Shown: positions 31,254-43,600 of the stretch, one piece after another
Layout: every line of letters starts with the position of its first letter
Position numbering within the stretch: position 1 is the stretch's first letter
Assembly: GCA_963791165.1 (NCBI GenBank)
Contig: CAWBRL010000017.1
Coordinates: 6,388-70,387, forward strand
DNA length: 64,000 nucleotides
Direction of reading: 5' to 3'
Source of the DNA: an uncultured Alphaproteobacteria bacterium
GTDB lineage: Bacteria > Pseudomonadota > Alphaproteobacteria > Rhizobiales > Xanthobacteraceae
Translations under genes and position numbers: made by a program
Notes under the pieces: model-generated
Told to the model about the DNA's origin: nothing
Databases searched by the model: none
The model's input: the letters and a program-made list of their open reading frames with translations, nothing else

Positions 31254-32096
31254 GTGCCGCTGATCAAGAACAGATACGGGAAGGGCCGCGTCCGCGTGAT
31301 GCGAATTCATCGCGACGGCGACCGCCATGAGGTCAGCCAGCTCAACGTCAAGGCGATGATCGAAGGTGATTTTGCCCGCGCTTATACCCATGGCGACAAT
31401 TCCACGTCGGTATCGACGGACACCATCAAGAACGTCGTCAACGTCGTTGCCCGTGAAAACACCGGCCTCTGCACGGAAGAGTTCTGCCAGGTGCTGGCGA
31501 CAAAATATCTCGACACCTATCCGCAGATCGCCTCCGTCGCGCTTACCGTGCATGAGACCAAATGGAGCCGGCTCAGTTTCGGCGGCAAGCCGCATCCCCA
31601 TAGTTTCGTGCTCGACAGCAACGGCAAACCAACCGTGGAACTGTCTATCGTCCGCGGCGGCGCGACGACGATGTCGTCCGGTATCGATGGCTTTGCCTTC
31701 ATGAAGTCGACGCAGTCGGGCTGGGAGAACTACGTCAAGGACAGCTACACCACGATCCCGCCCACCGCCGACCGCATGTGCGCGACCAGCATGGTGACGT
31801 CGTGGAAATGGTCGGGCAAGCCGGCGAGTTATCCTGCCACCAACAAGAAGATTCTCGACACGGTACTGGAAGTGTTTTCGATGACCTACAGCAAGAGCGT
31901 GCAGGATAGCCTCTATCGGATGGGCGAGGCGGCGCTGGCAGCGGTGCCGGAAATTTCCGAAATCAGCATGGCCTGCCCGAATATGCACTTCATCCCGATG
32001 AACCTCTCGGCGTTCGGGCTCGATAACAACAACGACGTGTTCCTCCCGACCGACGAGCCGCACGGCCAGATCGAATGCACGGTGGGACGCGGGTGA
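31254..32096 (+). CDS. pucL: Factor-independent urate hydroxylase (uricase)
   Basis: YGKGRVRV, GDNSTSVSTDTIKN, KSTQSGW, SKSVQDSLY, PNMHF, PTDEPHGQIE; GGAGG + GTG start. Confidence 0.93.
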   Translation: MPLIKNRYGKGRVRVMRIHRDGDRHEVSQLNVKAMIEGDFARAYTHGDNSTSVSTDTIKNVVNVVARENTGLCTEEFCQVLATKYLDTYPQIASVALTVHETKWSRLSFGGKPHPHSFVLDSNGKPTVELSIVRGGATTMSSGIDGFAFMKSTQSGWENYVKDSYTTIPPTADRMCATSMVTSWKWSGKPASYPATNKKILDTVLEVFSMTYSKSVQDSLYRMGEAALAAVPEISEISMACPNMHFIPMNLSAFGLDNNNDVFLPTDEPHGQIECTVGRG

Positions 32097-32108
32097 GGGC
32101 GCCCCGAC

Positions 32109-32186
32109 GTCATTGCGGGCGAAGCGAAGCAATCCATAGCGGTTCAAGCGCAGGCATGGATTGCTTCATCGCTTCGCTCCTCGCAA
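32109..32186. repeat. Palindromic intergenic REP-like element between convergent genes
   Basis: GTCATTGCG..GAAGCAATCCAT...ATGGATTGCTTC..CGCAA inverted repeat of a type common in Rhizobiales. Confidence 0.75.
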
Positions 32187-32195
32187 AGTCGAAGC

Positions 32196-34918
32196 CTAAT
32201 TCCCAAACTTCTCATTCAACGCCGGCCATAGCCGGTCCGGCTTGAACGGGGTCGCCGTGAAGCGAATGCCGGTGGCGTTGGCGATGGCATTGCCGAGTGC
32301 GGCGGCGACCGGGTTGTACGGGCTTTCGCTCATTGATTTGGCGCCCATCGGTCCCAGCGTATCCGACGTGTCGGCAAAGAACACTTCGGTGCGGGGGATG
32401 TCGGCAAAGGACGGCAGATGATAGTCGCGGAACTTGGGATTAACGACCCGGCCGGTGTCGTCGATCACCATTTCCTCGTAGAGCGCCGCGCCGAGGGATT
32501 GCGCGACGCCGCCTTCGACCTGGCCGCGGCACTGCATCGGATTGGCGACGCGGCCGGCGTCGGCGGCGTGCACGCTCTTCAGGATCTTGAGTTCGCCGGT
32601 GCACTTGTTGACCGCGACCCGAAAGCCCTGGACGTTGAAGGCGACGGAGCGCGGCGTGCCCGTCGAATTGCCGCTGGCGCTGAGAACCTTGCCGAGCGAG
32701 TGCGCGGATGCGGCGAGCAACGCAAAAGGGGTGCGGCGTCCGGCGCAGACCGTGGCATGGTTGTCGAGTGTGCACGCGTCCGGGTTCTCACCCAGCAATG
32801 ACGCCGCGAATTGCTTCAGTTGGCCGGCCAGCGCCTCGGCGGCGGCCTGGGTCGCACGCCCGGCGACGAAGGTCCCAGCACTGCCATAGGCGCCGGTGTC
32901 GTGGCCGCCATGGGCGGTGTCGGATTGCAGAAGACGGATGCGGTCGACGGTCGTCGCCAGCACGGACGCGGCGATCTGGCGGTGCACGGTGCTGGTGCCA
33001 TTGCCGAATTCGGCGGTGCCGACCGTGAGGTCGAAGCCGCCATCTTCGCGCAGCGAAATGCTGCAATCGGCGAAATGACCGGCCGGCGGCACAGTGTCGA
33101 TCATGGTCAGCGCGATGCCGTCCCCCGTCAACCAGTCCGGCGAGAGCGAAGGCGCGGCGCTCCGGCGGCCATCGCGCGCTCGACCAGGTCGAGGCATTGA
33201 TCGAGGCCATAGCTGCCGTAGAGCACGTCGTGATACTCGGATTCCGGCGGCGACAGCATGGGATCGCCGGGCTTGACGATATTGCGGCGGCGCATCTCGA
33301 ACGGGCTGATGCCGAGTTGATTGGCCAGTTCGTCGATCGCGGCTTCGACGGCGATCAGCGTTTGCGGCAGGCCGTAACCGCGAAACGCACCTGCCGGTAC
33401 GGTGTTGGTATAGGCGGCGATGCCGTCGACCTTCTTGTTCGGGCAGTTATAGACGCCGATGCATTCGCCGACCGAATGAAACAGCACGGGACCAGCGTGG
33501 TTGCCGTAGGCGCCGGTGTTGGAGAGTACGTCGAGCTGCAGCGCCGTGAGTTTGCCGTCCTTGTCGGCGCCTGCCTTGACGGTGACGCGCATCGGATGCC
33601 GCGTCGAGGTCGAGATGAATTGCTCTTCCCGCGTCAGTTCGAATTTGACCGGCCGGCCGGTCTTGAGCGCGGCGAGCGCGAGAATGTCCTCGACGAACAT
33701 TTCCTGCTTGCCGCCGAACCCGCCGCCGACGCGCTCGCAGAACACCCGCACCTTGTCGGGTGGCAGATCGAACAGATCGGCCAGCGTGCGCCGCGTCAGG
33801 AACGGCACCTGGGTGCTGGATCGGACATTGAGGATTCCATGGTCATCGACCCAGGCAAGCCCGCCATGGGTTTCCAGCGCGGCGTGCTGGACCCGCTGGC
33901 TGGTGAAGGTGCCCTCATAGGTTACGGCCGAAGCTGCGAGCGCCGCCGCGACGTCGCCGAACTCTCCGTGGGTTTCCGCGACGATGTTGCGCGCCGAATT
34001 GGCCACGCGATGCTCTGGCGTCTTGTCGGCATGAATTGCGGGCGCACCTGGAAGTATCGCTAGCGCGGGGTCAATCACCGCCGGCAGGATCTCGTACTCG
34101 ACCTTCAGACGTCGGCAACCTTCCTCGGCGGCGGCCTCGCTCTCGGCAACCACGGCCGCGACCTTCTGCCCGACAAAGCGGACGACATTGTCGAGCACAC
34201 GCGTGTCGTCCGGATCCATCCAGTCCTTCTCGTGCCGCGCGGTCGAGAACAGGCGATCCGGCGCGTCTTCGAACGTCAGCACCGTGTGCACGCCGGGAAC
34301 GCTGAGCGCCGCGCGCTTGTCGATCGAGAGGATCTTCGCGTGCGGATGCGGCGAACGCAGCATCTTGATGTGCAGCAGGCCTTCCGGCGCAACATCGAAC
34401 GTATAGCGCGCGGCGCCGCGCACGACCTGCGGTCCGGCGGGGGCGGGGAGGCTGCGGCCGAATGCGGTGCCTGCCGCGGCATCCTCGATGTTTTTCTTGC
34501 CGTTCAGCGCATCTTCGATCGAGCGATAGCCGGTGCAACGGCAGATATTGCCTTTGAGCGAGGCGCCGAGGTCCTGCCGCTGCGCCTGGTTCAGCGATGC
34601 GCAGGTCAGGATCATGCCTGATGTGCAGAAGCCGCATTGAAACCCCTGCGCATCCAGAAACGCCTGTTGCATCGGATGGGTGCCGCCATCCGGCGCAAAG
34701 CCTTCGATCGTCGTCACGGCGTGACCTTCGGCGCGGAAGGCCGGGATCAGGCAGCTATGCACGGGTTCACCATCGAACAGCACGGTGCAGGCGCCGCAGT
34801 CGCCGGCATCGCAGCCCTTCTTGACCCCGAAATGCCCGAGTTCGCGCAGGAACGTCCGCAGGCACTGACCGGGTCGCGGAGATTCTGAAAATGCCTTGCC
34901 GTTGATCTCGATGGTCAT
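32196..34918 (-). CDS. Xanthine-dehydrogenase-family protein, fused [2Fe-2S] + molybdopterin subunit; frameshift near 33155
   Basis: GCDAGDCGAC, QCGFC, NICRCTGY, GGGFGGKQE, AFRGYG, AKSMSESP. Confidence 0.88.
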
Positions 34919-35750
34919 GGCAGCGCTCGCGGCGGTGCCTGCAATTCGCCGCGGATCTCTTCCGCGAGGCGCAGCGTCATGGCCTTGCGCCAGTTCGGCT
35001 TGCCGTGGACATCCGTGTGGTAGAGGCTGTCTGGAATGCGCTGGAGGATGGCTGCACGCAGCTCCTCCGCCGGGCGGGATTGCTGCGAAGGAGAGTTGAA
35101 CAGGCCGCACCGTTGATGCGGTCACCGTCAACGCCAATCCGCCGTCACCGTCCACTGTGCCGATCAGCAGTGCCGCCGAGCGGCCGACCGGCGTCAGCGA
35201 AATCTGGCGGAACGCCGAACGCCGCCGCAAGGCCGCGAGCGGGATATCCACCTGCCGCAGGAGGTCGCCCGGCGCGAGAACGTTGCGCTGGTTGCCGGTG
35301 ACGAAATCGGCGACGGTAATTTTCCGCTCGGCGCCATCGGCCTGCCAGATCGTGCAGACGCCGTCGAGCGCCGAGGTGAGGGAGATCATCGGCCCGGCCG
35401 GCAGCGACATGCAGATGTTGCCGCCGACAGTCGCCGTCTTCCAGATCTTGAACGAGGCGAGAAACGCGCGGCAGCATTGGTTGATCAGCGGCGAGGCGAT
35501 CCAGTCCGGCGGACAGGCCAGCGCGTCGAGCTGGGCCACCGTGCAGGTCGCGGCAATCGAAAGCCCGGCCTCATGGATGGTCAGTGCCGGCCATTTCAGG
35601 TCGGTGAGATCGACCAGCCGGGTCAGATGGGCCTGAGGTTCCGAGAACAGCCACGTTCCGCCCGCGAGCCAAGCATCGCCTGCCGTCCAAACGGGCAATT
35701 GATCCCGCGTGCGTGGGACGGGCAACGTCGCGGATGGTGTTCAGGTCCAT
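34915..35750 (-). CDS. Xanthine-dehydrogenase-family FAD subunit; +1 frameshifts near 35715 and 35070
   Basis: MDLNTI..., WLAGGTWLFS, TATVGGNIC; corrected C-terminus AEELRAAILQRIP..DVHGKPNWRKAMT ends at an ATGA overlap with the next gene. Confidence 0.82.
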
Positions 35751-35797
35751 CGATACGCTAACGCTTTCAAGTAGATGCATCTCCGACTATGAAGTCT

Positions 35798-35813
35798 TGC
35801 AAGACCAGCGCCA
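35798..35813 (-). promoter_or_regulatory. sigma54 promoter for the xdh-like genes
   Basis: Minus strand TGGCGC-TGGTC-TTGCA. Confidence 0.75.
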
Positions 35814-35827
35814 ATTGTTGATCGCCT

Positions 35828-35843
35828 TGGGATGGTCTTTGCA
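35828..35843 (+). promoter_or_regulatory. sigma54-like promoter for the deaminase
   Basis: TGGGAT-GGTCT-TTGCA (GG-N10-GC). Confidence 0.5.
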
Positions 35844-35896
35844 TTGCAGGAGCGTGCGGGCGTTCGCACAGCGCCTTTCGCAAATCAGGTGGGATC

Positions 35897-37247
35897 ATGG
35901 ACCAAACGCAGCCGATATGGATCAAGGACCCCCTTTCTATTCTGGCCGACGGCGCTGAGCGCGGCGTCGTGGTTCGCGGTGGCAAGATTGTCGAGCTGGT
36001 GCCGCGGGGACGGGAGCCAGTAACGGTCAATACCGCCGTCTATGATGCCGCCGACCATGTGGTGCTGCCGGGACTGATCAACACCCACCATCACTTCTAC
36101 CAGACCCTGACCAGGGCGCTGCCGGCGGCGCTGGACCGCGAGCTGTTTCCCTGGCTGCAGGCGCTCTACCCGGTCTGGGCACGGCTGACGCCGGAATCTC
36201 TCGACCTCGGCGTCACCGTTGCAATGTCGGAACTGCTGCTGTCCGGCTGTACCACCACGACCGACCATCATTATGTGTTCCCGGCCGGGCTAGAGGACGC
36301 CGTCGATATCGAGGTCGCCGCCGCCAAAAGGCTCGGCATCCGCGTGCTGCTGACGCGCGGCTCGATGGACCGGTCGCAGAAAGATGGCGGCCTGCCGCCC
36401 GACAGCGTGGTCCAGGACGAAGACACGATTTTGGCCGACAGCGAACGCGTGGTGGCAAAACACCACCAGCGCGGCGAGGATGCGATGACGCAGATCGCGC
36501 TGGCGCCATGCTCGCCGTTTTCAGTGACGACTTCGCTGATGCGCGCGACTGCCGACGCTTGCAGACAAGCTCGACGTCCGCCTCCATACGCATCTGGCCG
36601 AGACCGAGGATGAGAACAGATTCTGCGAGCAGATGCATGGCTGCCGCCCGCTCGATTATCTCGAGCAATGCGGCTGGCTGAATGCGCGGACCTGGCTCGC
36701 GCACGGTATCTTTTTCAATCCGGACGAGATGAAGCGGTTGGGGAAAGCGAAGACTTCCATCAGCCATTGCGCCTGCAGCAACCAGATTCTGGCGTCGGGC
36801 TGCTGTCCGGTTTGCGAGATGGAAGAGGCGGGGGTATCGATCGGTCTCGGCGTCGACGGCTCGGCCTCGAACGACGAATCGAACCTGATGCAGGAGGTCC
36901 GTGCAGCGTTCCTGCTGCAGCGGGCGCGCTACGGCGTCACCCGTGTCAGCCACAAGGACGCGCTACGCTGGGCGACCAGGGGCTCCGCAGCATGCATCGG
37001 GCGCCCCGAGCTCGGCGAGATCGCGGTCGGAAAGGCCGCCGACCTCGCGCTGTTCAAGCTCGACGAACTGCGTTTCTCCGGCCACGGCGATCCGCTGGCG
37101 GCACTGGTGCTGTGCGGCGCGCATCGCGCCGACCGCGTGATGGTCGGCGGCAAATGGGCTGTCACTGACGGTGCGATTCCCGGTCTCGATGTCCCCGACC
37201 TGATCCGCCGTCATAGCGCCGCGGCGAGGGCGATGCATAAGGGATGA
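35897..37247 (+). CDS. 8-oxoguanine-deaminase-like amidohydrolase; +1 frameshift near 36560
   Basis: PGLINTHHHFYQTLTR, APCSPFS, HTHLAETEDE (shifted frame), GLGVDGSASND. Confidence 0.88.
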
Positions 37248-37299
37248 GGGCTTTTCCGGGCATTGAGCAACGAGGCGCATTTGGGAATGGCGCGCGCAG

Positions 37300-37442
37300 C
37301 GAAGTTTGCGATGGCCGATATCTACCAGATCTTGCAGTTTCGAAAGGAGCGGACCCCATTTCTACTTTGCATGGGGTTGTTTTCGCAATTTTGCTCACGG
37401 TCGAAGCGGTCTGACCTCTCCCCGCCAAAGGGCGGAGAGAGG
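37300..37442. repeat. Probable dispersed intergenic repeat plus hairpin
   Basis: Minus strand GAAAACAACCCCATGCAAAGTAG resembles a Bradyrhizobium dispersed repeat (recalled, not verified); CTCTCCCCGC...GGCGGAGAGAG hairpin. Confidence 0.45.
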
Positions 37443-37461
37443 TAAGGGCGACGCGCCCGCC

Positions 37462-38542
37462 CTACTTGCCGGGGATCTTGTCGTCGATGCCCTTGACGTA
37501 GAAGTTCATGCCGAGGATCTGGCCGTCATCGAGATGGGTGCCGCCCTTGCATTCGACTTCCTTGCCGTCCTGGCCGATGACTGGGCATTTGAACGGCTGC
37601 AGCTTGCCTTCGGTGATCGCCGCTTCGGTTTCTTCTGCGAGCTTCTTCACGTCATCGGGCATGTTGGTGTACGGCGCCATCACGACGAGCTTGCTCTTCA
37701 GGCCGCCCCAGAAGTCTTCCGACTTCCATGTGCCGTCGAGCTCGGCCTTGACGCGTTCGATATAGTAGGGACCCCAATTGTCCATGATCGAGGTGAGCTG
37801 TGTCTTCGGCCCGAACTTGATCATCTCGGAAATCCTGACCGAAGGCCAGCTTTCCGCGCTCGGAGGCGATCTGCATCGGGGCCGGTGAGTCCGTATGCTG
37901 CATGATAACGTCGGCGCCTTGGTCGAGCAGGGCCTTGGCGGCGTCGGCTTCCTTACCGGGATCGAACCAGGTGTTCGCCCAGATGACCTTGACCTTGATG
38001 TTGGGATTGATCGTTTGTGCGCCAAGCATCGTGGCGTTGATGCCCGAGATGACTTCCGGGATCGGGAACGAGGCAATGTAGCCGAGCACGCCGGACTTCG
38101 ACATCTTGGCGGCGATGATGCCCTGGATATAGCGGCCCTCATAGAACCGGCCGGAATAGGTCGACATGTTCGGGTTGCGCTTGTAGCCGGTGGCATGCTC
38201 GAAATGCACGTTCGGGTATTTCTTGGCGACCTTCAGCGTCGGCTCCATATAGCCGAACGACGTCGTGAAGATGAGTTTGTTGCCGGCGCGCGCGAGCTGC
38301 TCGATCGACCGTTCGGAGTCCGGACCTTCGCTGACATTCTCCAGGAACGTGGTCTCGACCTTGTCGCCGAATTCCTTGAGCATGGCGAGACGTCCGAGGT
38401 CGTGCTGGTAGGTCCAGCCGAGATCGCCGACCGGTCCGAGATAGATGAATCCGACCTTGAGTTTGTCGGCGGCGGAAGCGCCGAACAGGCCTGCGCCGGT
38501 TGCAAGCATCGCCGCGGTTACCGCGATGAGAATCTTTTTCAT
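37462..38542 (-). CDS. BMP-family ABC substrate-binding protein (purine); +1 frameshift near 37830
   Basis: Signal peptide, KVGFIYLGPVGDLGWTYQHD, IFTTSFGY, TWFDPGKEADAA, QHTDSPA. Confidence 0.9.
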
Positions 38543-38618
38543 GGATTTCTCCGTTTTGCTGACGGGTGGACGGTCTCTCCCGATGCGCGGCGCCCCGTCG
38601 CGCGCGCTTCGGGCATGT

Positions 38619-39060
38619 TTACCGGTCGGGCACGAACACGGTCCCGAGCGCCGCAGGCGCGGTGGAGCCGCCGGTTCGTGCACGTGAAATCAGGACAAGG
38701 ACGATGACAGTCGCGAGATAAGGCAAAGCCGACATGAACTGTGAGGGGATGCCGACGCCCCAGCCCTGCGCGTGAAGCTGCAGGATCGTAACCGCTCCGA
38801 ACAGATAGGCCCCGATCACGAGGCGTCCGGGCAGCCAGGACGCGAACACGACCAGCGCCAGCGCAATCCATCCACGCCCCGCCGTCATGCCGGGAATGAA
38901 GAACGGCGTATAGGCGAGCGGCAGGTAGGCGCCCGCAAGCCCAGCGCAGGCGCCGCCGAACATTACGGCATACAGCCTGATCCGAAGCACGGGATAGCCG
39001 AGCGCATGCGCGGAAGCGTGGTTGTCGCCCGCGGCCCGCAGGATCAAGCCAGGCCGTGTT
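38619..39060 (-). pseudogene. 3' half of a nucleoside/purine ABC permease (5' half missing)
   Basis: TRPGLILRAAGDNHASAHALG...[12 protein letters not shown]...ALPYLAT..PAALG; similarity stops abruptly upstream of ~39060. Confidence 0.8.
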
Positions 39061-39189
39061 GTCGCATGGCCGGTATTTCCGCGCCCTTCCAGCGCGATCA
39101 TACCGAGGTATGACGCGGCCAAACCGACAAGCTAGTGACTTAACCGCGCGTAGAATGGAGCGCGTGGACGAACGGATTACTTTGCTCCC

Positions 39190-40098
39190 ATGGCGTCCGG
39201 ACAAGGCGATCAGCCTTTTCGGACCTTCAACTGGACAAGGGATCCGATCATGTCGCTGCAGATGTCACCTGTGCAAAGCACCAAGGATCACGTCGCCGAT
39301 ATCAGGTCGATCGACCTCTCGGTAATCGATGGCCGCCGGCTGAAACGTTCGAAATTCGCCGGCCGCTTTGCCGAAGACGGCATCACGCTATCCCTCGTGC
39401 ATCTCGATGTCGCTCTTGCCGTCAAGGCCGAGGGTCGGGGTGCCGAGGAAGCCGCCGACGGCGTTCGCTGCTTCAGGGTCTCCGCCAAACGCCTCGCACG
39501 GGGTTCTGGGCAGGTCGACGCGTTGTCGGCTGTAGAAAAGTTCGAAGACCCTGTCATTCGGCGCCTTTCCGACGCACTTGCGGCAACGGAAGCTGCGGAT
39601 GATTCCCACTCGGCGATCTGTGCCGACGCCCTCCGCCTCGCCCTCCTGACCCGGCAGTTCAGCCGGCAGGCTAATTCCGCGCGAACCAACACTGCTGCCA
39701 CCGAGGACCTTCCCGGCCGGAATGTGAGGTCGCTGCAGAAATGGCGCCTCAAGCGCGTCCTGCAGTATGCCGATGATCATCTGGATGCAAAGATCACACT
39801 GCAGGACCTCGCCACGGTCGCCGGGCTGAGCCGGATGCACTTTGCCGCGCAGTTTCGGACGGCGGTCGGCATGCGGCCCCATGAATATCTGCTGAAGCGG
39901 CGGATCGAGCGCGCCGAAGAATTGCTCAAGCAGGCTGAAGTTTCCCTCGTGGATGTCGCGCTGACGGTCGGCTTCCAGACCCAGGCGCATTTCACAACGG
40001 TGTTCAAGCGCTTCGCGGGAGACACGCCGCATCAATGGAGAAGCGCCTATCTCGGACAATCCGCGCCGCTGCCGCCCGCACGAATGAGCCTGTCATGA
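39190..40098 (+). CDS. AraC-family transcriptional regulator
   Basis: LQKWRLKRV..Y...ITLQDLA..AGLSRMHFAAQFR...SLVDVALTVGFQTQAHFTTVFKR; start could be 39250. Confidence 0.9.
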   Translation: MASGQGDQPFRTFNWTRDPIMSLQMSPVQSTKDHVADIRSIDLSVIDGRRLKRSKFAGRFAEDGITLSLVHLDVALAVKAEGRGAEEAADGVRCFRVSAKRLARGSGQVDALSAVEKFEDPVIRRLSDALAATEAADDSHSAICADALRLALLTRQFSRQANSARTNTAATEDLPGRNVRSLQKWRLKRVLQYADDHLDAKITLQDLATVAGLSRMHFAAQFRTAVGMRPHEYLLKRRIERAEELLKQAEVSLVDVALTVGFQTQAHFTTVFKRFAGDTPHQWRSAYLGQSAPLPPARMSLS

Positions 40099-40415
40099 CC
40101 GGTCTCGGCATTCAAGCGTGGTTGCTGTCCTTGATCGGCGTCCGGACAGCGTTTGTACACCGTGAGATTATGGAGGTCCTTGAACTCCTCCATATCCTCG
40201 GCAACTCGTACCGTTTGGCATCTTTGGGGGTTGGCTCGGCCGTCGTGTACGGGCGGTTCACGCTAGGCTTCTGCAGGACAGTCGTCGTCGGCGCGGCATG
40301 CAATCTCGCATCGCGGTGGCCGCTTCAGGTGCTTCGCGGCGTTTGACGCAGTCGCCTGGTCCTGCGCGCCGACGTCATCTGGCAGCTCGATAGTTCGGGA
40401 GTTCCGCAAGTAACA

Positions 40416-40512
40416 TTAAATTGCGCTTTAGAGAGCGCGGTCCTGATCGTGAGGATCTCCGGCCGATCCATCCGGTGCTGAGGACGAATTCAAATTCTAA
40501 ATCCGTTTTTAA
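40416..40512. promoter_or_regulatory. Two TAAA-N6-TTTA palindromes upstream of the RND operon
   Basis: TTAAATTGCGCTTTAG (40416) and CTAAATCCGTTTTTAA (40497); motif recurs across the block. Confidence 0.65.
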
Positions 40513-40610
40513 TTGAGAACGCTGTGTCTGGCCGCCATGTATCGAACGTTCCCGTAAAATTGTTGGCCGGCTCGCACTGCCGTCGGCGCGAAACGCAGTA
40601 AGGACAGACG

Positions 40611-43600
40611 ATGGGGATTGTTCGATTTGCGCTACGGCTTCCGCACACCTTCTATGTGCTGGCGGCACTCATCCTGTTCCTGGGTGTTGTCGCCATCCGG
40701 TCGATGCCGACGGACATATTTCCGGAAATCCGCATCCCGGTAGTCACCGTGATCTGGCAATACACCGGCCTGACGACGCAGGAAATGGAACAGCGCGTCA
40801 CCACCTACAGCCAATATTCCATCAGCGCGAACGTCAACGGCATCAAAAACATGGAAGCGCAGACCCTCAATGGTCTGTCGATCCAGAAGATCTACTTCCA
40901 GCCGGACGTCAACATCGACCTCGCCATCGCGCAGATCGTCTCTGCCACCAACTCCATTCGCGCCCTGATGCCACCAGGCATTCAACCGCCCGTCGTCGTG
41001 CAGTTCAATGCGTCGAGCGTTCCCGTGCTGCAACTCAGCCTCAGTTCCAACAGCCTGAACGAGCAGCAGCTCTATGATTTCGGTATCTACCGGGTTCGGC
41101 AGCAACTGGCGCCGGTTGCCGGCGTCACCCTGCCGACGCCGGCCGGCGGCAAGTATCGCCAGATCATGGTGGATATCGACCCGGACAAGCTTCTGTCGCG
41201 AGGCTTGACGCCGCTCGACATCGTGAATGCGGTCAACACCCAGAACCTGACGCTGCCGTCTGGAACAGCGAAGATCGGCGGCACGCAATATACGGTGCGA
41301 ACCAACGCGACACCGGCGTCGATCGACGACCTCAACATGATGCCGGTCAAGTTCGTCAACGGCGCCACCGTCTTTCTAAAGGACGTGGCGCAGGTCCGCG
41401 ACGGATCGCTCGTGCAGCAGAATATCGTGCGCGAGAATAGCCGCCGCTCGGTTCTGCTCAGCGTGATCAAGAACGGCAATGCCTCTACGCTTGCGGTCGT
41501 CAACGGCGTGAAGCAGGCGCTGCAGGGCATCCGGGCGGCTGCGCCGGCCGGACTCAAGATCAACGAGCTGTTCGATCAGTCTGTGTTCGTGAAAAATTCA
41601 GTCAACGGCGTGTTGCGCGAAGGCGCCATCGCCGCGGGCCTCACGGCGTTGATGATTCTGGTCTTCCTTGGTTCATGGCGCTCGACCCTGGTCGTCATGA
41701 TTTCAATCCCGCTGGCGATCCTGTCGTCGCTTACCGTGCTGTATTTTCTAGGCGAGACACTGAACACGATGACGCTCGGCGGCCTTGCCCTGGCGGTCGG
41801 CATACTGGTCGATGACTCGACGGTAACGATCGAAAATACCCACCGTCTGTGGACTGAAGAGGGTATGCCGCTCCCGGAGGCGACGTTGCATGGCGCCGCC
41901 GAAATCGCGGTGCCCACGCTGGTATCGACGCTTGCCATCAGCTGCGTCTTCACGTCGGTCCTGTTCCTCGATGGGCCGGCCAAGTACCTGTTCACGCCGC
42001 TGGGACTGGCCGTCGTGTTCGCGATGCTGGCTTCCTACGGATTGTCGCGGACGCTGACGCCGATCACGATCGGCTTGCTGCTCAAGAGCGAACGTCGCCA
42101 CACGGGCGAGGGGACGCCTACAGGCCTGTTCTCGCGGTTCGCCGCCGCATTCGACCGCGGCTTCGAGCGGCTGCGCGATGGATACTCGAAGCTTCTGACG
42201 ACGCTGCTCCAGCGGAAGGCCATCGTTCCCGTCGTTGCCGTGTTGATACTCGGCCTTGGCGCGGTGATGTTTACGTTTGTCGGGCGCGACTTTTTCCCGC
42301 TGATCGACGGCGGGCAGATCCAGCTTCATGTTCGCGCGCCTGCGGGAACGCGCATCGAGAGCACGGAGGCGATCTTCCAGGCGGTCGAGGACAAGATCCG
42401 TGAGGTCATTCCCGAAAAGGAGCGTTCGCTCATTGTCGACAATATCGGGTTGCCGGCGAGATCCTACAATCTGGCATTTGCCGATGGGTCGACCATCGGG
42501 GTCAATGATGGCGTCATCCAGGTGGCGCTTACGGAAGGCCACAAGCCGACGGCCGACTACGTCAGGAAATTGCGCCAGGTGCTGCCCGCGGCATTCCCGG
42601 AGGATGTGTTCTATTTCCAGGCGGCCGATATCGTAACGCAGATCCTGAACTTCGGACTGCCGGCGCAGATCGATGTCCGAACCGTGGGCGTTGATCCGGC
42701 AAACCTTGCGGTTGCAAAGCAGCTCCGTCAGCGCCTTGCCGCGATTCCCGGCATCGTGGATGCGCATCTGCAGCAGGAAGTCGACGCGCCCGCCTTCTAC
42801 GCGCAGATCGATCGAAGCCGCGCCGCGCAGCTCGGCCTTAATGCGAGTACGATCGCTACCAACATCAACGTCAGCCTGAGTTCGTCGGCGCAGGTGTCGC
42901 CCAATTTCTGGACCGATCCGAAGTCCGGGATCCCGTATTACATTGCCGTGCAAACACCGGAGTACAAAGTCAACTCGCTGAATGCGCTGCAGAACACGCC
43001 GGTCTCCACCTCACTGGCGATGAGCGGCCAGACGGTTCCGGGCATGCTCAGCAACGTCGCGACGTTCAAGCGGGAAAAAGTCGCGACCAACACCAACCAG
43101 AGCAACATCCAGCCGGTCTTTGACGTCTATGCCAGCGTGCAAGGCCGCAATCTCGGCAGCGTCGCGGCCGATATCAACAAGGTCACGGCCGAGTTGCAGA
43201 AGCAGCTCAAGCCCGGCAACTCGATTCAGGTGGTCGGACAGATCCAGAGCATGAACAACTCGTTCCGGAACCTGGGTATCGGATTGTTGTTCGCCGCGGT
43301 GTTCGTCTATCTGCTGATGGTCGTGAATTACCAGAATTTCGGCGATCCGTTCGTCGTGATCCTGGCGCTGCCGGCGACGCTCTGCGGCATTGTCACGATG
43401 CTGTTCATCACCGGCACCACGCTCAACGTTCCCTCGTTGATGGGAGCCATCATGGCCGTCGGTGTCGCCTCGGCAAACTCGATTCTGCTGGTGACGTTCG
43501 CGCGCGAACAGCAGCTGAAAGGGCACTCGGCCCTGGAGGCTGCGCTGAGCGCCGGCTATACCCGGATCCGTCCCGTGCTGATGACGGCGGCAGCGATGAT

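Noticed and set aside
33128-35725. 865-aa FAD-FeS-Mo triple fusion in the ORF track
   Set aside because: Artefact of a +1 base near 35070; the corrected FAD gene stops at 34915, overlapping the ATG of the next gene
40095-40346. Small ORFs on either strand after araC
   Set aside because: No convincing RBS, motif or codon bias; possibly a decayed remnant
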